The translations under genes and the position numbers were made by a program. From contig JAAYZM010000297.1 of the NCBI GenBank assembly GCA_012514835.1, positions 1 through 25,350 of the forward strand: a stretch of 25,350 bases of DNA, written 5' to 3'. The stretch is from Actinomycetales bacterium (GTDB taxonomy: Bacteria > Actinomycetota > Actinomycetes > Actinomycetales > Cellulomonadaceae). Shown piece after piece: positions 25,299-25,350 of this stretch (position 1 is its first letter; every line of letters starts with the position of its first letter). The notes beneath the pieces are model-generated. The model searched no databases, was not told the origin of the DNA, and saw only the letters and a program-made list of their open reading frames with translations.

Positions 25299-25350
25299 GC
25301 TTCCTCATGGACGTCGGCGAGACGCTCGCGGGGCTCGGCCGCGAGGTCGA
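25295..25350 (+). CDS. 3'-truncated hypothetical protein (MSFLMDVGETLAGLGREV...) overlapping the DUF4157 gene stop
   Basis: ATGA overlap at 25295-25298 and open to the window end; only 18 codons are visible. Confidence 0.5.
   Translation, partial: MSFLMDVGETLAGLGREV

Larger units (their letters stand above)
3..25350. other. Contractile injection system (eCIS/CIS, phage-tail-like) gene cluster, partial (sheath and main tube genes not in window)
   Basis: Co-located LysM/tube-initiator, VgrG-like spike, gp25, baseplate J, tail-I-like protein, DUF4255 cap, AAA+ ATPase and DUF4157 protein. This is the canonical Afp/PVC/Streptomyces-CIS gene set. No capsid, terminase or integrase genes and no T6SS membrane-complex genes are visible. 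Confidence 0.93.

Noticed and set aside
1-25350. CRISPR arrays, tRNA/rRNA genes, IS elements
   Set aside because: No regularly spaced direct repeats, RNA-gene signatures, transposase ORFs or terminal inverted repeats were seen; almost all of the window is accounted for by CDSs.

Overview
Very GC-rich, actinobacterial-looking DNA carrying most of an extracellular-type contractile injection system (eCIS/CIS, phage-tail-like) locus, with both ends of the locus cut by the window. (1) A + strand operon with overlapping stop/start codons: 5'-truncated Pro/Ala-rich low-complexity protein, CIS tube-initiator/LysM protein, VgrG-like spike, gp25-like wedge, baseplate-J-like protein, phage-tail (P2 gpI-like) protein and a C-terminally anchored double zinc-ribbon protein. 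(2) A convergent - strand operon: DUF4255 (Afp16/Pvc16-like cap) followed by three paralogous single-pass membrane proteins (740, 841, 2024 aa), each with two N-terminal Ig-like domains and a long array of carboxypeptidase-regulatory-like beta-sandwich repeats. (3) A divergent + strand pair: Afp15/Pvc15-like AAA+ ATPase and a 1086-aa DUF4157 (eCIS core) protein with an unrecognised, possibly membrane-inserting C-terminal region, overlapped by a further gene cut by the window end. Sheath, main tube, PAAR and tail-fibre genes are not visible in the window. The most unusual elements are the trio of membrane-anchored repeat-stalk proteins, the DUF4157 cargo, the tail-anchored zinc-ribbon protein and a shared 17-bp motif upstream of two transcription units. 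Family assignments come from motif recognition and gene order, not from database searches.
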